Source of the DNA: Candidatus Saccharimonadia bacterium
Lineage (GTDB): Bacteria; Patescibacteriota; Saccharimonadia; UBA4664
Reading direction: 5' to 3'
NCBI GenBank assembly: GCA_038244585.1
Contig: JBBRTI010000004.1
Coordinates: 1 to 53,713, forward strand
DNA length: 53,713 nt
Program-made: the position numbers and the translations under genes
The notes under the pieces: generated by a model
What the model was told of the DNA's origin: nothing
The model's database searches: none
The model's input: the letters and a program-made list of their open reading frames with translations, nothing else
Shown here: one piece after another, positions 15,564-25,793 of the stretch
Position numbering within the stretch: position 1 is the stretch's first letter
Layout: the number at the start of each line of letters is the position of its first letter

Positions 15564-17975
15564 ATGGCGCGATCAAAGCAGAAAAAGCGTAAGAAGCAGC
15601 AGCGTCAAACAGCGTTCTACGAAGCCATGCCAGCCGCCTCGCTTCAGCCAGTCATGCCGGACATTCGCCAGCAGCTGGCCCTTGGGGCCGATGAAGTCTG
15701 GGGGGCCGGTCAGAGTATAGGCACCGACCTGTGGCGTAATGCCGCAGCCGGTGCGACAGCCGTCTGGGACCGCCGTGATGCCGCTACCGACTATGCGGCG
15801 GCCGCGGGTCATGACGCCTGGGCGTTTCTCGCCATGTGCGGCAAACAGCTGGTATCCCGCCGGATGCGGGCGTTAGCGCTCGCCACGGCCAGTGCAGCCT
15901 CAATCGCGGCCATAGTAGTCACTTCCAACTTGGTAGCCTCCACCTATACTCACTACGCCTCAACCATTTCCAGCCCGGCAAGCGTCCTCAACAACAAGAA
16001 GTCCGGTACTACCATAACCGACCGGAACGGGGTCGTACTGTATAACGGCTACGGCGCCCAATCCAACGCTGTAATCCCGTTTGAGGATATGCCGAAGGAT
16101 CTGAAGAATGCTACTCTGGCAGCCGAAGATCCCACGTTTTATGATCATCCCGGATTCTCCTGGCAGGCTACGGCTCGGGCAGCATGGGTCGATGTGATCA
16201 AGGGAGGCAAAATGGAGGGCGGCTCAACTCTCACCCAACAGCTGGTGAAGAATGCCATCTTGACCTCACACAAGACCTTCGAACGCAAGTTCCAGGAACT
16301 GGTTTTGTCGATGGAGCTGGAGCGTCGCTATTCCAAAGACGAGATCCTTGGCATGTACCTTAATGAAATCTATTACGGCCAAGGTTCCCATGGCGTAGAG
16401 GCAGCCGCGCAATCATACTTCCGTAAATCGGTCCGCGACCTGACGCTCAGTGAATCCGCCTTCATCGCCGGTCTGCCGCTCGGGCCTAGCCGTTTCGATC
16501 CCAATTTGGACCCGGAAGCAGCCATCGGCCGTCGCAACTTCGTCTTGGACCGCATGGCAGGCTATGGCAAGATAACTTCCAATCAGGCGGCCGTCGCTAA
16601 AGCTGAGCCGTTGAATGCCGGGGCCCGTGATGCCTCAATTAAAGCGCCTCATTTTGTCTTCTATGTACTGGATCAACTCCGTTCGCAATATGGCGACGAT
16701 GTCGTCGAACAGGGCGGCATAACCGTCAAAACTACGCTCGATTATTCCAAACAGGAAAAGGCTCAGGAGATTGTCGCGGCGCAGATTGATCATCTGGCCG
16801 GTCACAATGCCACCAACGGCGGGTTGATTTCCCTCGAGCCGTCCACTGGTGACATCATTGCCATGGTCGGCAGCCGTGACTATAACGCCCCCGGATTCGG
16901 CGCCGTCAACGTCATGCTGGCCAATTTGCAGCCGGGATCGAGTTTCAAGCCGATCGCATACGTCACGGCCTTTGCTAAAGGCTGGAACGGCTCGACCCAA
17001 GTCGTCGACAAACCTATCCGGGAGCCAAACGGTGACGGCACCTTCTACGAGCCGAAAAATTACGACCTTAAATTCCGCGGCCAGGTTACGCTACGACGTG
17101 CCTTGGCTAACTCTCTCAATATCCCGGCAGTGGAAGTACTGAAATTCGCCGGCATTCCCCAGACCCTCGAAATGGCCCATAAGCTAGGCATCACCGGTCT
17201 GAACCAGCCTTCCCGTTACGGCCTCAGCCTAGTGTTGGGCGGTGGGGAAGTGCGACCCATTGATATGGCAACGGTCTACGCCACGTTTGCCAACCAGGGC
17301 ATAAAAGTAACACCGCGGGCCATCCTGACGGTCTCCGACCGCTATAGCAAAGACATCACCAAGACTGACACCCCCAAGCCGGTCCGCGCCCTTGAGGCCA
17401 AATACGCCTCTATGATAACCAGCATCCTGTCTGACAATAATGCCCGCACCGAGGAGTTCGGAGCCAATTCACCGCTTAAGCTCAGCCGTCCAGCCGCCGC
17501 CAAGACCGGAACTACCAACGATTTCCGCGACAACTGGACCGTCGGTTATACGCCCGGCCTAGTTACGGCCGTCTGGGTCGGCAACAACGACCACTCGGCC
17601 ATGAACAACGTCGACGGTATCACCGGTGCTGCGCCTATCTGGCACGATTTCATGGAATGGGCCCTGGCAGGCACGCCTGTCCAGAATTTCATTGTCTCGG
17701 CCGACGTGTCTCAGTTCCATGTATGTGCGACTGGCGGCATCGTTGACGGAGCCGCCCCAGGTTACACGGAGCTTGCGCCCACCGACGCGCCCATTATACG
17801 GCCGTGTGTGTTAACCCCATCACCGACCACAACGCCAGGCCCTACACCAGACCCAAAATCACCGGGCACCGACCCCGGAATAACCGCTAGCACACTCAGT
17901 CCTAGCCCCGCCCCAGGAACCCCGGTGCCACCTTCCAAACACAAGCTCATCCCCACGCCTCCGCCCAAAATATGA
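15564..17975 (+). CDS. Bifunctional class A penicillin-binding protein (PBP1A family)
   Basis: AAED..FYDH, GGSTLTQQLVKN, YLNEIYYG; QPGSSFKP, SLN, KTGT; Pro-rich tail. Confidence 0.95.
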   Translation: MARSKQKKRKKQQRQTAFYEAMPAASLQPVMPDIRQQLALGADEVWGAGQSIGTDLWRNAAAGATAVWDRRDAATDYAAAAGHDAWAFLAMCGKQLVSRRMRALALATASAASIAAIVVTSNLVASTYTHYASTISSPASVLNNKKSGTTITDRNGVVLYNGYGAQSNAVIPFEDMPKDLKNATLAAEDPTFYDHPGFSWQATARAAWVDVIKGGKMEGGSTLTQQLVKNAILTSHKTFERKFQELVLSMELERRYSKDEILGMYLNEIYYGQGSHGVEAAAQSYFRKSVRDLTLSESAFIAGLPLGPSRFDPNLDPEAAIGRRNFVLDRMAGYGKITSNQAAVAKAEPLNAGARDASIKAPHFVFYVLDQLRSQYGDDVVEQGGITVKTTLDYSKQEKAQEIVAAQIDHLAGHNATNGGLISLEPSTGDIIAMVGSRDYNAPGFGAVNVMLANLQPGSSFKPIAYVTAFAKGWNGSTQVVDKPIREPNGDGTFYEPKNYDLKFRGQVTLRRALANSLNIPAVEVLKFAGIPQTLEMAHKLGITGLNQPSRYGLSLVLGGGEVRPIDMATVYATFANQGIKVTPRAILTVSDRYSKDITKTDTPKPVRALEAKYASMITSILSDNNARTEEFGANSPLKLSRPAAAKTGTTNDFRDNWTVGYTPGLVTAVWVGNNDHSAMNNVDGITGAAPIWHDFMEWALAGTPVQNFIVSADVSQFHVCATGGIVDGAAPGYTELAPTDAPIIRPCVLTPSPTTTPGPTPDPKSPGTDPGITASTLSPSPAPGTPVPPSKHKLIPTPPPKI

Positions 17976-18028
17976 ACTTATCCTTCTCCGCGTGAGGTTT
18001 TTTAGTCATGAACCAGTATAATGCCGGT

Positions 18029-19141
18029 ATGGAAGACTTACTCAAACGCTTGCAGGAGCTGTCCCGCAATATCGATGATGCCTTAATCCGTCTGGGTATC
18101 GATGACGACGAAACCAAGGCGGCCGAACTGACCGCCCAGACCGTGCAGCCTAATTTCTGGAGCGACCCGGAGGCGGCTGCACGCGTGTCACAACAATTGG
18201 CGGCGCTCACCAAACATGCCGAGAGTTGGCGTAAGCTTCAGGCTGATGTGAAGGGAGCCGCGGACCTGTTGGAACTCGCCGACAAAAATGAAGCGGACAG
18301 CCTGCGCGTAGACCTTGAAGCGGCCTACGAGACCGCCCGCGCCGACTATGCGTCCCGCGAATTTGAGCTTAAACTCAGCGGTCCGCATGACCGTGCCTCA
18401 GCCATCATTGAGCTCCACGCGGGCACCGGCGGCACCGACGCTCAGGATTGGACCGAAATGTTGCAGCGTATGTACCTGCGCTACGCCGAAAAAGCCGGAT
18501 TCACTGCGGAGATCGTCAGCCTTAGCCCGGGCGAAGAGGCCGGAATTAAGAGCGCGACCATCGAAGTGAACGGGCAGTACGCCTACGGCAAGCTAAAAAG
18601 CGAAGCCGGCGTGCACCGTCTAGTCCGCCTGTCGCCCTTCAACTCCGACAACCTGCGTCAGACCTCATTCGCTCTGGTAGAAATCCTGCCACAGCTGGAC
18701 AAGGCCACCAGCATTCAGATCGACCCCAAGGACCTAAGAATCGACGTCTATCGCGCGGGCGGCCACGGCGGACAATCTGTTAACACCACAGATTCGGCCG
18801 TGCGGATTACGCACGTGCCCACCGGTACGGTCGTCGCCATCCAAAACGAGCGGAGTCAATTGCAAAATAAGGAGAAGGCTATGGCTATACTGACCTCACG
18901 CCTAACCGCCCTAATGGAAGCCGAGCATAAAGCCGAACTCGGCGAGCTGCGGGCAGGCGAGCGCGCGGCCGACTGGGGCCAGCAGATACGCAATTATGTA
19001 CTGCATCCATACACCAAGGTTAAGGATACCCGCACCGGACATGAAACCGGTGACACGCAGGCCGTATTGGGAGGCGCGCTTGAGCCCTTTATCGACGCCT
19101 ATCTGTCGAGTCAAATCGGTACCGCCAAAGACAGTGCATAA
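18029..19141 (+). CDS. prfB: Peptide chain release factor 2 (no programmed frameshift)
   Basis: SPF anticodon-mimic motif, GGQ motif; continuous frame. Confidence 0.96.
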   Translation: MEDLLKRLQELSRNIDDALIRLGIDDDETKAAELTAQTVQPNFWSDPEAAARVSQQLAALTKHAESWRKLQADVKGAADLLELADKNEADSLRVDLEAAYETARADYASREFELKLSGPHDRASAIIELHAGTGGTDAQDWTEMLQRMYLRYAEKAGFTAEIVSLSPGEEAGIKSATIEVNGQYAYGKLKSEAGVHRLVRLSPFNSDNLRQTSFALVEILPQLDKATSIQIDPKDLRIDVYRAGGHGGQSVNTTDSAVRITHVPTGTVVAIQNERSQLQNKEKAMAILTSRLTALMEAEHKAELGELRAGERAADWGQQIRNYVLHPYTKVKDTRTGHETGDTQAVLGGALEPFIDAYLSSQIGTAKDSA

Positions 19142-19192
19142 GTTTCACCGTTAGCATAACCGTAAGCGCTTTATTATGTTAGAATAGGTCCA

Positions 19193-19873
19193 ATGATTCT
19201 CTTTGATCGTGTCACGAAAGTCTACCCGAATCAGTCGATTGCGCTGAGCGGCTTGAATTTGCATATCGAACCGAAGGAGTTCGTCACCATTGTGGGCTCC
19301 AGCGGGGCCGGCAAATCGACGCTCATCAAGCTCATGACGCGTGAAGAAGTCCAAACCTCCGGCAAAATCATTGTCGGCGGCCTGGATTATGACACCATCA
19401 CACCCAAGGACGTCCCGCTAGTGCGACGCCGCATCGGTGTGGTCTTCCAGGATTTCAAACTGTTGCCCAACCGCCGCGTCGGCGAGAACGTAGCCTTTGC
19501 TCTAGAGGTTTCGGGTGCCCGCAGTAAGGAAATCAAGCGTGCCGTACCCAAAATGCTCCAACTGGTCGGCCTATCATCGAAGCAAAACGCCTTTCCTAAC
19601 GAGTTATCCGGCGGCGAACGCCAGCGTGTGGCTATTGCCCGCGCCCTCATCCGCCAGCCGAAAATCCTCATCGCCGACGAACCCACGGGCAACCTTGACC
19701 CCAAAAACGCTTGGGAAATCATCGAATTACTGCTCAAAATCAACCGTTTTGGAACCACCGTACTATTGACTACCCACAATAAGGAGATCGTCAACGCGCT
19801 CAAACGCCGCGTCATTACCATCAACCGCGGCCGTATCGTCAAAGACGAAGAGCAGGGGAGGTACGCTTTATGA
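19193..19873 (+). CDS. ftsE: Cell division ABC ATPase FtsE
   Basis: GSSGAGKS, VVFQDFKLL, LSGGE, ADEPTGNLD; coupled to ftsX. Confidence 0.95.
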   Translation: MILFDRVTKVYPNQSIALSGLNLHIEPKEFVTIVGSSGAGKSTLIKLMTREEVQTSGKIIVGGLDYDTITPKDVPLVRRRIGVVFQDFKLLPNRRVGENVAFALEVSGARSKEIKRAVPKMLQLVGLSSKQNAFPNELSGGERQRVAIARALIRQPKILIADEPTGNLDPKNAWEIIELLLKINRFGTTVLLTTHNKEIVNALKRRVITINRGRIVKDEEQGRYAL

Positions 19874-20784
19874 TTACCCTCTGGCGTATCATTCAGGCCG
19901 GCGGCCGCAACTTCATGCGTAACGCCTGGCTGTCGACTGCCGCTACGGCTGTAATGACCGTGACGCTGTCGATTGTGGTGATTTCGTTTATATCCAATCT
20001 GGCGCTGACTTCGACCATCAAGGGTGTCACGGACAAGATCGACATCTCCATTTACCTCAAACATGAGGTGACCCCGGAGCAGGTTAATGCGTTCACTAAA
20101 TCGCTTCAGGCCAGTTCCAATGTCGAAAGCGTGACCTACCTCTCGGAAGACCAGGCAATTGCCCAGTACCGTGAACAGAACAAGACCAACAAGCAGCTGC
20201 TTTCCGCCCTTGATATTGCCGGCAACGCGCTGCCGTCGTCGCTACAAGTCAAAGCCAAGGACCCGAAAAAGCTCGATGACATCACCGCTGTTGTAGAACA
20301 GCCACAGAACAAGGAGATGTTGGATCCTGCTGCGCCTCCGTCCTATACCGGCAGCCGCAAAACCACTATCGATAAAATTGTCAGTTTCTCGAACTTCTTC
20401 AAGTCTACCGGCCTCGTAGCTAGCGGTATCTTTGTCATAATTTCTACTCTCATCATCTTCAATACTATCCGCATGGCAATATTTACCCGCCGAGATGAAA
20501 TCGAGATCATGAAGCTCGTAGGCGCCACCAAGTGGTTTATCCGCGGACCTTTCATCATCGAGGCGGCCCTGTACGGAATCATCGGTGCATTTATTGCCGT
20601 GGCCTTGTCGTACGTCCTACTAATGGGCGGGGGACCGAAGCTGGCCAGCTACGTGGACGTGGCGTCGACAATCGAATTCTTTAGGAATTACCCGGTGCTG
20701 GTAATCGGTGCAGAAGTACTAATCGGCCTCCTGATAGGTATGCTTTCAAGCCTACTGGCCATGAGCCGTTATCTTAAGCTTTAG
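19870..20784 (+). CDS. ftsX: Cell division permease FtsX
   Basis: 4 TM, NTIRMAIFTRRDEIEIMKLVGAT, FIRGPF. Confidence 0.95.
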   Translation: MITLWRIIQAGGRNFMRNAWLSTAATAVMTVTLSIVVISFISNLALTSTIKGVTDKIDISIYLKHEVTPEQVNAFTKSLQASSNVESVTYLSEDQAIAQYREQNKTNKQLLSALDIAGNALPSSLQVKAKDPKKLDDITAVVEQPQNKEMLDPAAPPSYTGSRKTTIDKIVSFSNFFKSTGLVASGIFVIISTLIIFNTIRMAIFTRRDEIEIMKLVGATKWFIRGPFIIEAALYGIIGAFIAVALSYVLLMGGGPKLASYVDVASTIEFFRNYPVLVIGAEVLIGLLIGMLSSLLAMSRYLKL

Positions 20785-20832
20785 CGCTTTAACAAGGCCT
20801 TTTAGCACTGCCAAGCCCATAGCACAACCAGT

Positions 20833-20862
20833 TTGACAAATACCCTCCAAATCTCTTATGAT
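20833..20862 (+). promoter_or_regulatory. Sigma70 promoter of CHAP hydrolase gene
   Basis: TTGACA-18-TATGAT. Confidence 0.7.
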
Positions 20863-20888
20863 AAGGCCACCTTGGAGGGGCAAGACTA

Positions 20889-22031
20889 ATTCGTAACTTC
20901 AATCATAATCACAACCGCATCCGCACCTCGCTCGCCCGCACGGCCAGCATATTTGCGGTACTTTTTGTGTTCAGCGGGACGGCTTTGGCCGACACCTATG
21001 ACGATCAGATAAATGCATTAAAAACTACGTCAGCCCAGCAACAGGCTAACGCTAACCAATTTCTGGCGCAGGCTAATGACTATCAGGCACGAGTCAACCA
21101 GCTCAACGCTCAAATTGGCGCACTGCAGGCGCAAATAAATCTTAGCCAAGCTCAATCGCAACAGCTCTCAGCCAATATCGCTACCAATGAAGCCAACTTA
21201 GCGACGCAAAAACAAATTCTTGGCGCTAACATCAAGTCGATGTATTTAAACAGTGGCGTAACTCCAATTGAAATGATTGCCTCAAGCAAAAATCTGAGCG
21301 ACTACTTCAATCAACAGCAATACCAAGATAGTATCAAGAGCAAGATTCAATCTGCCATGGCCGAAATTATCGTCACTCAAAAGTTGTTAGCGGCACAAAA
21401 AACCCAGGTCGATGCTTTGCTCATAACTCAGACCAGCCAGCGGCAGCTGCTTGCCAGCAGCCGAGCGGAGGCCAATGCACTTTTGGCAACGGCGGCGCAA
21501 AATGCCGATGTAGCAAACGCCTCCGTAAAGAGCAACAACGCAAAAGTAGCATCACTAAAGGCACAACAAGCCGCAATTCTGCAGGCCGCATCACGGAGCT
21601 TCGGCGGCTCCATCCCAGGGGCCTCGAGTGGTAGCGGTGGTGCTTGCGACAACGGTCACGGCAACGGCGGATATCCGGCTTCATGGTGCAGTGCAGGACA
21701 GGACCAGCCTGGCTATGGCGGCGCATGGGGATACAACCGCGAATGTGTATCATGGGCAGGCTGGCGACGCGCAAATATGGGTCGTGCTCTGCCAACAGGC
21801 TGGGGCAACGCTAACTCATGGGACGACTACGCACGCTCAGCTGGTTACAACGTCGACTATAGTCCAGAAGTTGGGGCAGTTGCCCAAACTGACGCCGGCG
21901 GATACGGACACGTTGCCATCGTGGAAGCTATTCAAGGCAGTAACGTAGTAGTAAGTGAAATGAATTACGACGGTGCCGGCCACTTCCGATATGGCACATA
22001 CTCGAGCAGTTATTTCAAATATATTCACTAG
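20889..22031 (+). CDS. Coiled-coil + CHAP peptidoglycan hydrolase (PcsB/CwlO-like), probable ATT start
   Basis: Long coiled coil; ECVSW, WGNANSW, GHVAIVE, SEMNY; full signal peptide extends upstream of the first GTG (20967). Confidence 0.9.
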   Translation: MRNFNHNHNRIRTSLARTASIFAVLFVFSGTALADTYDDQINALKTTSAQQQANANQFLAQANDYQARVNQLNAQIGALQAQINLSQAQSQQLSANIATNEANLATQKQILGANIKSMYLNSGVTPIEMIASSKNLSDYFNQQQYQDSIKSKIQSAMAEIIVTQKLLAAQKTQVDALLITQTSQRQLLASSRAEANALLATAAQNADVANASVKSNNAKVASLKAQQAAILQAASRSFGGSIPGASSGSGGACDNGHGNGGYPASWCSAGQDQPGYGGAWGYNRECVSWAGWRRANMGRALPTGWGNANSWDDYARSAGYNVDYSPEVGAVAQTDAGGYGHVAIVEAIQGSNVVVSEMNYDGAGHFRYGTYSSSYFKYIH

Positions 22032-22163
22032 AGGCACAATAAAAACATTAGCTAGGTATACCATTTATTGTGTGTATTTCAGCTTGTAGTCTAGACATTC
22101 TCAGGTGCCTAGTCGAAAAATAAGGTAAACTAGGACCAACACCAACCACAAGGAACCGACTTT

Positions 22164-23333
22164 TTGCGATCTACTTTTTCTACCCGAACCGCCGTCATCG
22201 TTGCCATTTTAATTTCCGTCGTCAGTTTTGCCGCCGGTGACCGACTTCATGGGCAGGGGCTCAACTTGTTCGCCAAGCAGCCCGACACCATCGACGCCTC
22301 CAGCCTCAACGACATCTACGCACTTATGCAGCGTAACTTCGACGGCTCAATCGACGCCGGGGCGGCTCTCGAAGGCGCTAAAAAGGGCCTCGTTGCGGCC
22401 GGCGGCGACCCATATACGGTTTATATGAACGCCGGTGAGAGCAAGGCGCTCAACGACGACCTCAGTGGTAAATTGAGCGGCATCGGGGCGGAAATCGGCA
22501 TCAAGAACAACGTCCTGACTGTCGTAGCGCCTATCGCCGGTGCTCCGGCCGAAAAAGCCGGAATCCGAGCCATGGATCTTATTGCTAAGATTAACAGTGA
22601 AGATACTACTGGTATGAGCGTCGACACCGCTGTAAGCAAGATCCGCGGCAAAGCCGGCACTACCGTAAAGCTGACTATTCTTCATACAGGTGCGCTCGAA
22701 ACCGCCGAAATCACCATTACGCGGGCTGACCTGACTGTTCCAAGCGTCAAATGGAGCATGAAGGATGGCGGCGTCGGTTACATTCAGATCAGCACATTCG
22801 GGACCGATACGTCCGCACTTATCCAGAAGGCGGCGAGCGAGCTTAAAACCCAGGGTGCTGCCAAAGTCGTTCTTGACCTACGCAACGACGGAGGCGGGTA
22901 TCTAGATGCCGGCGTGGCTGTGGCCAGCCAGTTCCTGCCGGACGGCAAAACCGTTGTCAGCGAACGAACCTCTGGCAAGACCGTTGATACCCTAAACTCG
23001 CAGGGCGGCGGCGCGCTAGCCGGACTGCCCCTGGTCGTGCTCATCAACGGCGGATCAGCCAGTGCCAGCGAGATTGTCGCCGGTGCCTTGCACGATAACG
23101 GCGTAGCCAAGCTCGTCGGCGAAAAGAGTTTCGGCAAGGGCAGCGTCCAAGAAATGAAGCAGCTGCCGGGCGGCGCCCAGCTCAAAGTCACCGTAGCGCA
23201 CTGGTACACCCCTAAGGGCGTCAACATCAACAAAGAGGGCATCAAACCGGACGCCGAAGTGAAGCTCTCCAACGAGGACTACAACGCCTCACGCGACCCG
23301 CAGCTCAACAAAGCCCTGGAGATGCTGAAGTAG
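22164..23333 (+). CDS. ctpA: S41A C-terminal processing protease (PDZ)
   Basis: DPYT, GIGAEI, LDLRNDGGG, SASASEIV, SFGKGSVQ. Confidence 0.93.
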   Translation: MRSTFSTRTAVIVAILISVVSFAAGDRLHGQGLNLFAKQPDTIDASSLNDIYALMQRNFDGSIDAGAALEGAKKGLVAAGGDPYTVYMNAGESKALNDDLSGKLSGIGAEIGIKNNVLTVVAPIAGAPAEKAGIRAMDLIAKINSEDTTGMSVDTAVSKIRGKAGTTVKLTILHTGALETAEITITRADLTVPSVKWSMKDGGVGYIQISTFGTDTSALIQKAASELKTQGAAKVVLDLRNDGGGYLDAGVAVASQFLPDGKTVVSERTSGKTVDTLNSQGGGALAGLPLVVLINGGSASASEIVAGALHDNGVAKLVGEKSFGKGSVQEMKQLPGGAQLKVTVAHWYTPKGVNINKEGIKPDAEVKLSNEDYNASRDPQLNKALEMLK

Positions 23334-23411
23334 CCATTTGTGTTGCCCGTAGGCTAACTCCAGCGTATAGTTAGAACCAATTGTTGTTACGGCTAACTAG
23401 TAGGAGTGCAC

Positions 23412-25058
23412 ATGGCAGGGGAGAGCCAGACTAAGTTTATATTTGTGACCGGCGGAGTCCTTTCGGGACTCGGGAAAGGCATCACCGCGGCGTCTCTGGG
23501 AACAACCCTTAAGGCCCGCGGTTTTAGCGTCAATATACAAAAAGTCGACCAGTATTTGAATACCGATGCCGGTACCCTCAACCCCGCTGAGCATGGTGAA
23601 GTGTTCGTCACTCACGATGGTGCCGAGACGGATTTGGATCTTGGACATTACGAACGCTTCTTAAATGCGGAGCTGTCGCATGGAAGCTCACTCATGAGCG
23701 GCCGGGTGTACGCCAAGGTTATTGCCGACGAACGCGCCGGCAAATATTTGGGCAAAACCGTCCAAATTATTCCCCATGTTACCAATGAGATCTGCAACCA
23801 AATTATTGCAGCTGGCGTTGGTTTTGATTTTCACATCGTCGAAATTGGTGGTACCGTAGGCGATTATGAAATCCTAGCGTCTCTCGAATCGATCCGCCAA
23901 CTACGGCGCAAAATTGGTGCTGCCCATACATTTTATATGCATTTAGTCTACCTGCCGTACCTTGAGGCGTCCCACGAGATAAAAACCAAACCAGCTCAAA
24001 ACACCGTCCGAGACTTACGTGAAGCCGGAATTCAACCTGATGCTATAATAGCTCGAGCCGAACGGCCCATAAGCCAAGCCATTATGAATAAACTCGGCCT
24101 GTTCTGTGATGTGGATGAACGTGGAATCGTTGCACTGCCAACCGTTAAAAGCGTTTATGAGGTGCCATTGATCCTAGAGGCGGCCGGACTACCGGATTAC
24201 GTCACTACTCATCTGGGGCTTGAAGTGCGCAAGCCCGATATGCAGTCCTGGCAGAAGCTCGTCGAGCTCATCAAGCATCCTGATCACCGAAGTCTTAAAA
24301 TCGGCGTTGTGGCCAAATATATGGATAACGAAGACACTTACATGAGTGTTTTCGAAGCCATCAAGTCGGCCGGTTGGGCTAATCGAGTGCGTCCAGAAAT
24401 CTGCTGGATTTCGGCTGAAAAGTTGGAAGGTGAGGACGGCGAGCGAATGCTCGAAGGCTACGACGGCCTCGTCGTTCCCGGTGGCTTCGGCGGCCGCGGC
24501 GTTGAGGGCAAGATTACTGCCGCGACCTATGCTATGGACCACAACATCCCATATCTGGGCCTCTGCCTGGGAATGCAGATCGCGGTCATTGCCAAAGCCC
24601 GCCAGATCGGCCTGGAAAACGCCAATACCACTGAAGTCGATCCTGAAACCGCCCACCCGGTCATCGATATCATGGAAAGCCAGCGTGATGTCGAGTCCAA
24701 AGGCGGAACGATGCGGCTGGGCGACTATCCGTGCGTTCTGACAGCCGGCAGCAAGAGTGCTGAGGCCTATGGCACTACTAAGATTACTGAGCGTCACCGT
24801 CACCGTTGGGAATTTAATAACTCCTACCGTGCCGAACTTGAGGCTGCCGGCTTGGAGCTCGTCGGACTATCGCCCGACGGCAACCTAGTCGAAGTCATCG
24901 AAATCAAAGGCCATGACTTCTTCGTCGCCAGCCAATTTCATCCGGAGTTTAAGTCCCGACCCAATACGCCGCACCCATTATTCAATGCCTTCATGGCGGC
25001 AACAGCCAAACACCGAGAATACCGCGAGCAAGGCAAAAGGAGTATAGTAAGCATATGA
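23412..25058 (+). CDS. pyrG: CTP synthase
   Basis: FVTGGVLSGLGKGI, DLDLGHYERF, KTKPAQ, LCLGMQ, ERHRHR, QFHPEF. Confidence 0.98.
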   Translation: MAGESQTKFIFVTGGVLSGLGKGITAASLGTTLKARGFSVNIQKVDQYLNTDAGTLNPAEHGEVFVTHDGAETDLDLGHYERFLNAELSHGSSLMSGRVYAKVIADERAGKYLGKTVQIIPHVTNEICNQIIAAGVGFDFHIVEIGGTVGDYEILASLESIRQLRRKIGAAHTFYMHLVYLPYLEASHEIKTKPAQNTVRDLREAGIQPDAIIARAERPISQAIMNKLGLFCDVDERGIVALPTVKSVYEVPLILEAAGLPDYVTTHLGLEVRKPDMQSWQKLVELIKHPDHRSLKIGVVAKYMDNEDTYMSVFEAIKSAGWANRVRPEICWISAEKLEGEDGERMLEGYDGLVVPGGFGGRGVEGKITAATYAMDHNIPYLGLCLGMQIAVIAKARQIGLENANTTEVDPETAHPVIDIMESQRDVESKGGTMRLGDYPCVLTAGSKSAEAYGTTKITERHRHRWEFNNSYRAELEAAGLELVGLSPDGNLVEVIEIKGHDFFVASQFHPEFKSRPNTPHPLFNAFMAATAKHREYREQGKRSIVSI

Positions 25059-25456
25059 ACAATCGACCGTTAGCTCGTATTCTGCTGGTTGAAGATGACT
25101 TGGCATTGGCCAACGCCTACAAGGTGCGTATGGAAGCCGAGAACTTCCACGTCCTGCATTGCCCCAACGGGGAAGAAGCCATGCAGACCGCTTTGGAATA
25201 TCACCCTGATCTGATCCTGCTCGACCTCATGATGCCCAAGATATCCGGCTTCGACGTGCTGGATATCCTCCGCAACACTCCGGCGACCTCCCATACCAAG
25301 ATTATCATCCTGACGGCGCTCAGCCAGCCGTCCGACCAGGCCCGCGCCAAAGATCTGGGAGCCGATGAGTTCCTGGTCAAATCCCAGGCCGTCGTTTCCG
25401 ATGTCATGAAGCGCATCCGCTTCCACCTCGGCATCAAGGAAACTGAAGCCGCCTAA
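25055..25456 (+). CDS. Stand-alone response regulator receiver (CheY-like)
   Basis: LLVEDD, LLDLMMPKISG, LTA, LVK. Confidence 0.92.
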   Translation: MNNRPLARILLVEDDLALANAYKVRMEAENFHVLHCPNGEEAMQTALEYHPDLILLDLMMPKISGFDVLDILRNTPATSHTKIIILTALSQPSDQARAKDLGADEFLVKSQAVVSDVMKRIRFHLGIKETEAA

Positions 25457-25471
25457 AAATAATTCCAAACT

Positions 25472-25497
25472 AAAAAACGCCCCTCGGGGCGTTTTTT
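25472..25497. terminator. Bidirectional intrinsic terminator
   Basis: aaaaaacgccc-ctcg-gggcgtttttt. Confidence 0.85.
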
Positions 25498-25508
25498 AGT
25501 AGACTGGG

Positions 25509-25790
25509 TTAGTCCTGCGGCACAACCGAGACAATAGTCCGCCGTACCTTGGTACCGGTGAACTTGATAATCTGTCGGATCGAGAAGGCGACGACGCCGT
25601 CGCGCAGAGCGAAGAGGGTCTGGTCCAGACCGACTCCAACACCGGGACCGGCTTCCATGCGGGTACCGCGCTGGCGGACAAGGATGCCACCGGCACGTAC
25701 GGTCTGACCGCCGAAGCGCTTAACGCCGAGCCTTTGACCGGGTGAATCGTGGAGGTTCTTTGACGAGCCTCCGGCTTTTGTATGTGACAT
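25509..25790 (-). CDS. rpmA: 50S ribosomal protein L27
   Basis: [31 protein letters not shown]. Confidence 0.97.
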   Translation of the reverse strand: MSHTKAGGSSKNLHDSPGQRLGVKRFGGQTVRAGGILVRQRGTRMEAGPGVGVGLDQTLFALRDGVVAFSIRQIIKFTGTKVRRTIVSVVPQD

Positions 25791-25793
25791 AGC

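Noticed and set aside
18008-18110. Programmed +1 frameshift in prfB
   Set aside because: No CTT-TGA-C site; the frame is continuous
19387-20064. 225-aa minus ORF and similar shadows (24189..24803, 28787..29299, 25070..25468)
   Set aside because: Antisense to well-supported genes, with no motifs
19193-23333. ftsE-ftsX-CHAP hydrolase-S41 protease cluster as a new system
   Set aside because: Well-known conserved arrangement of FtsEX with its coiled-coil hydrolase and CtpA
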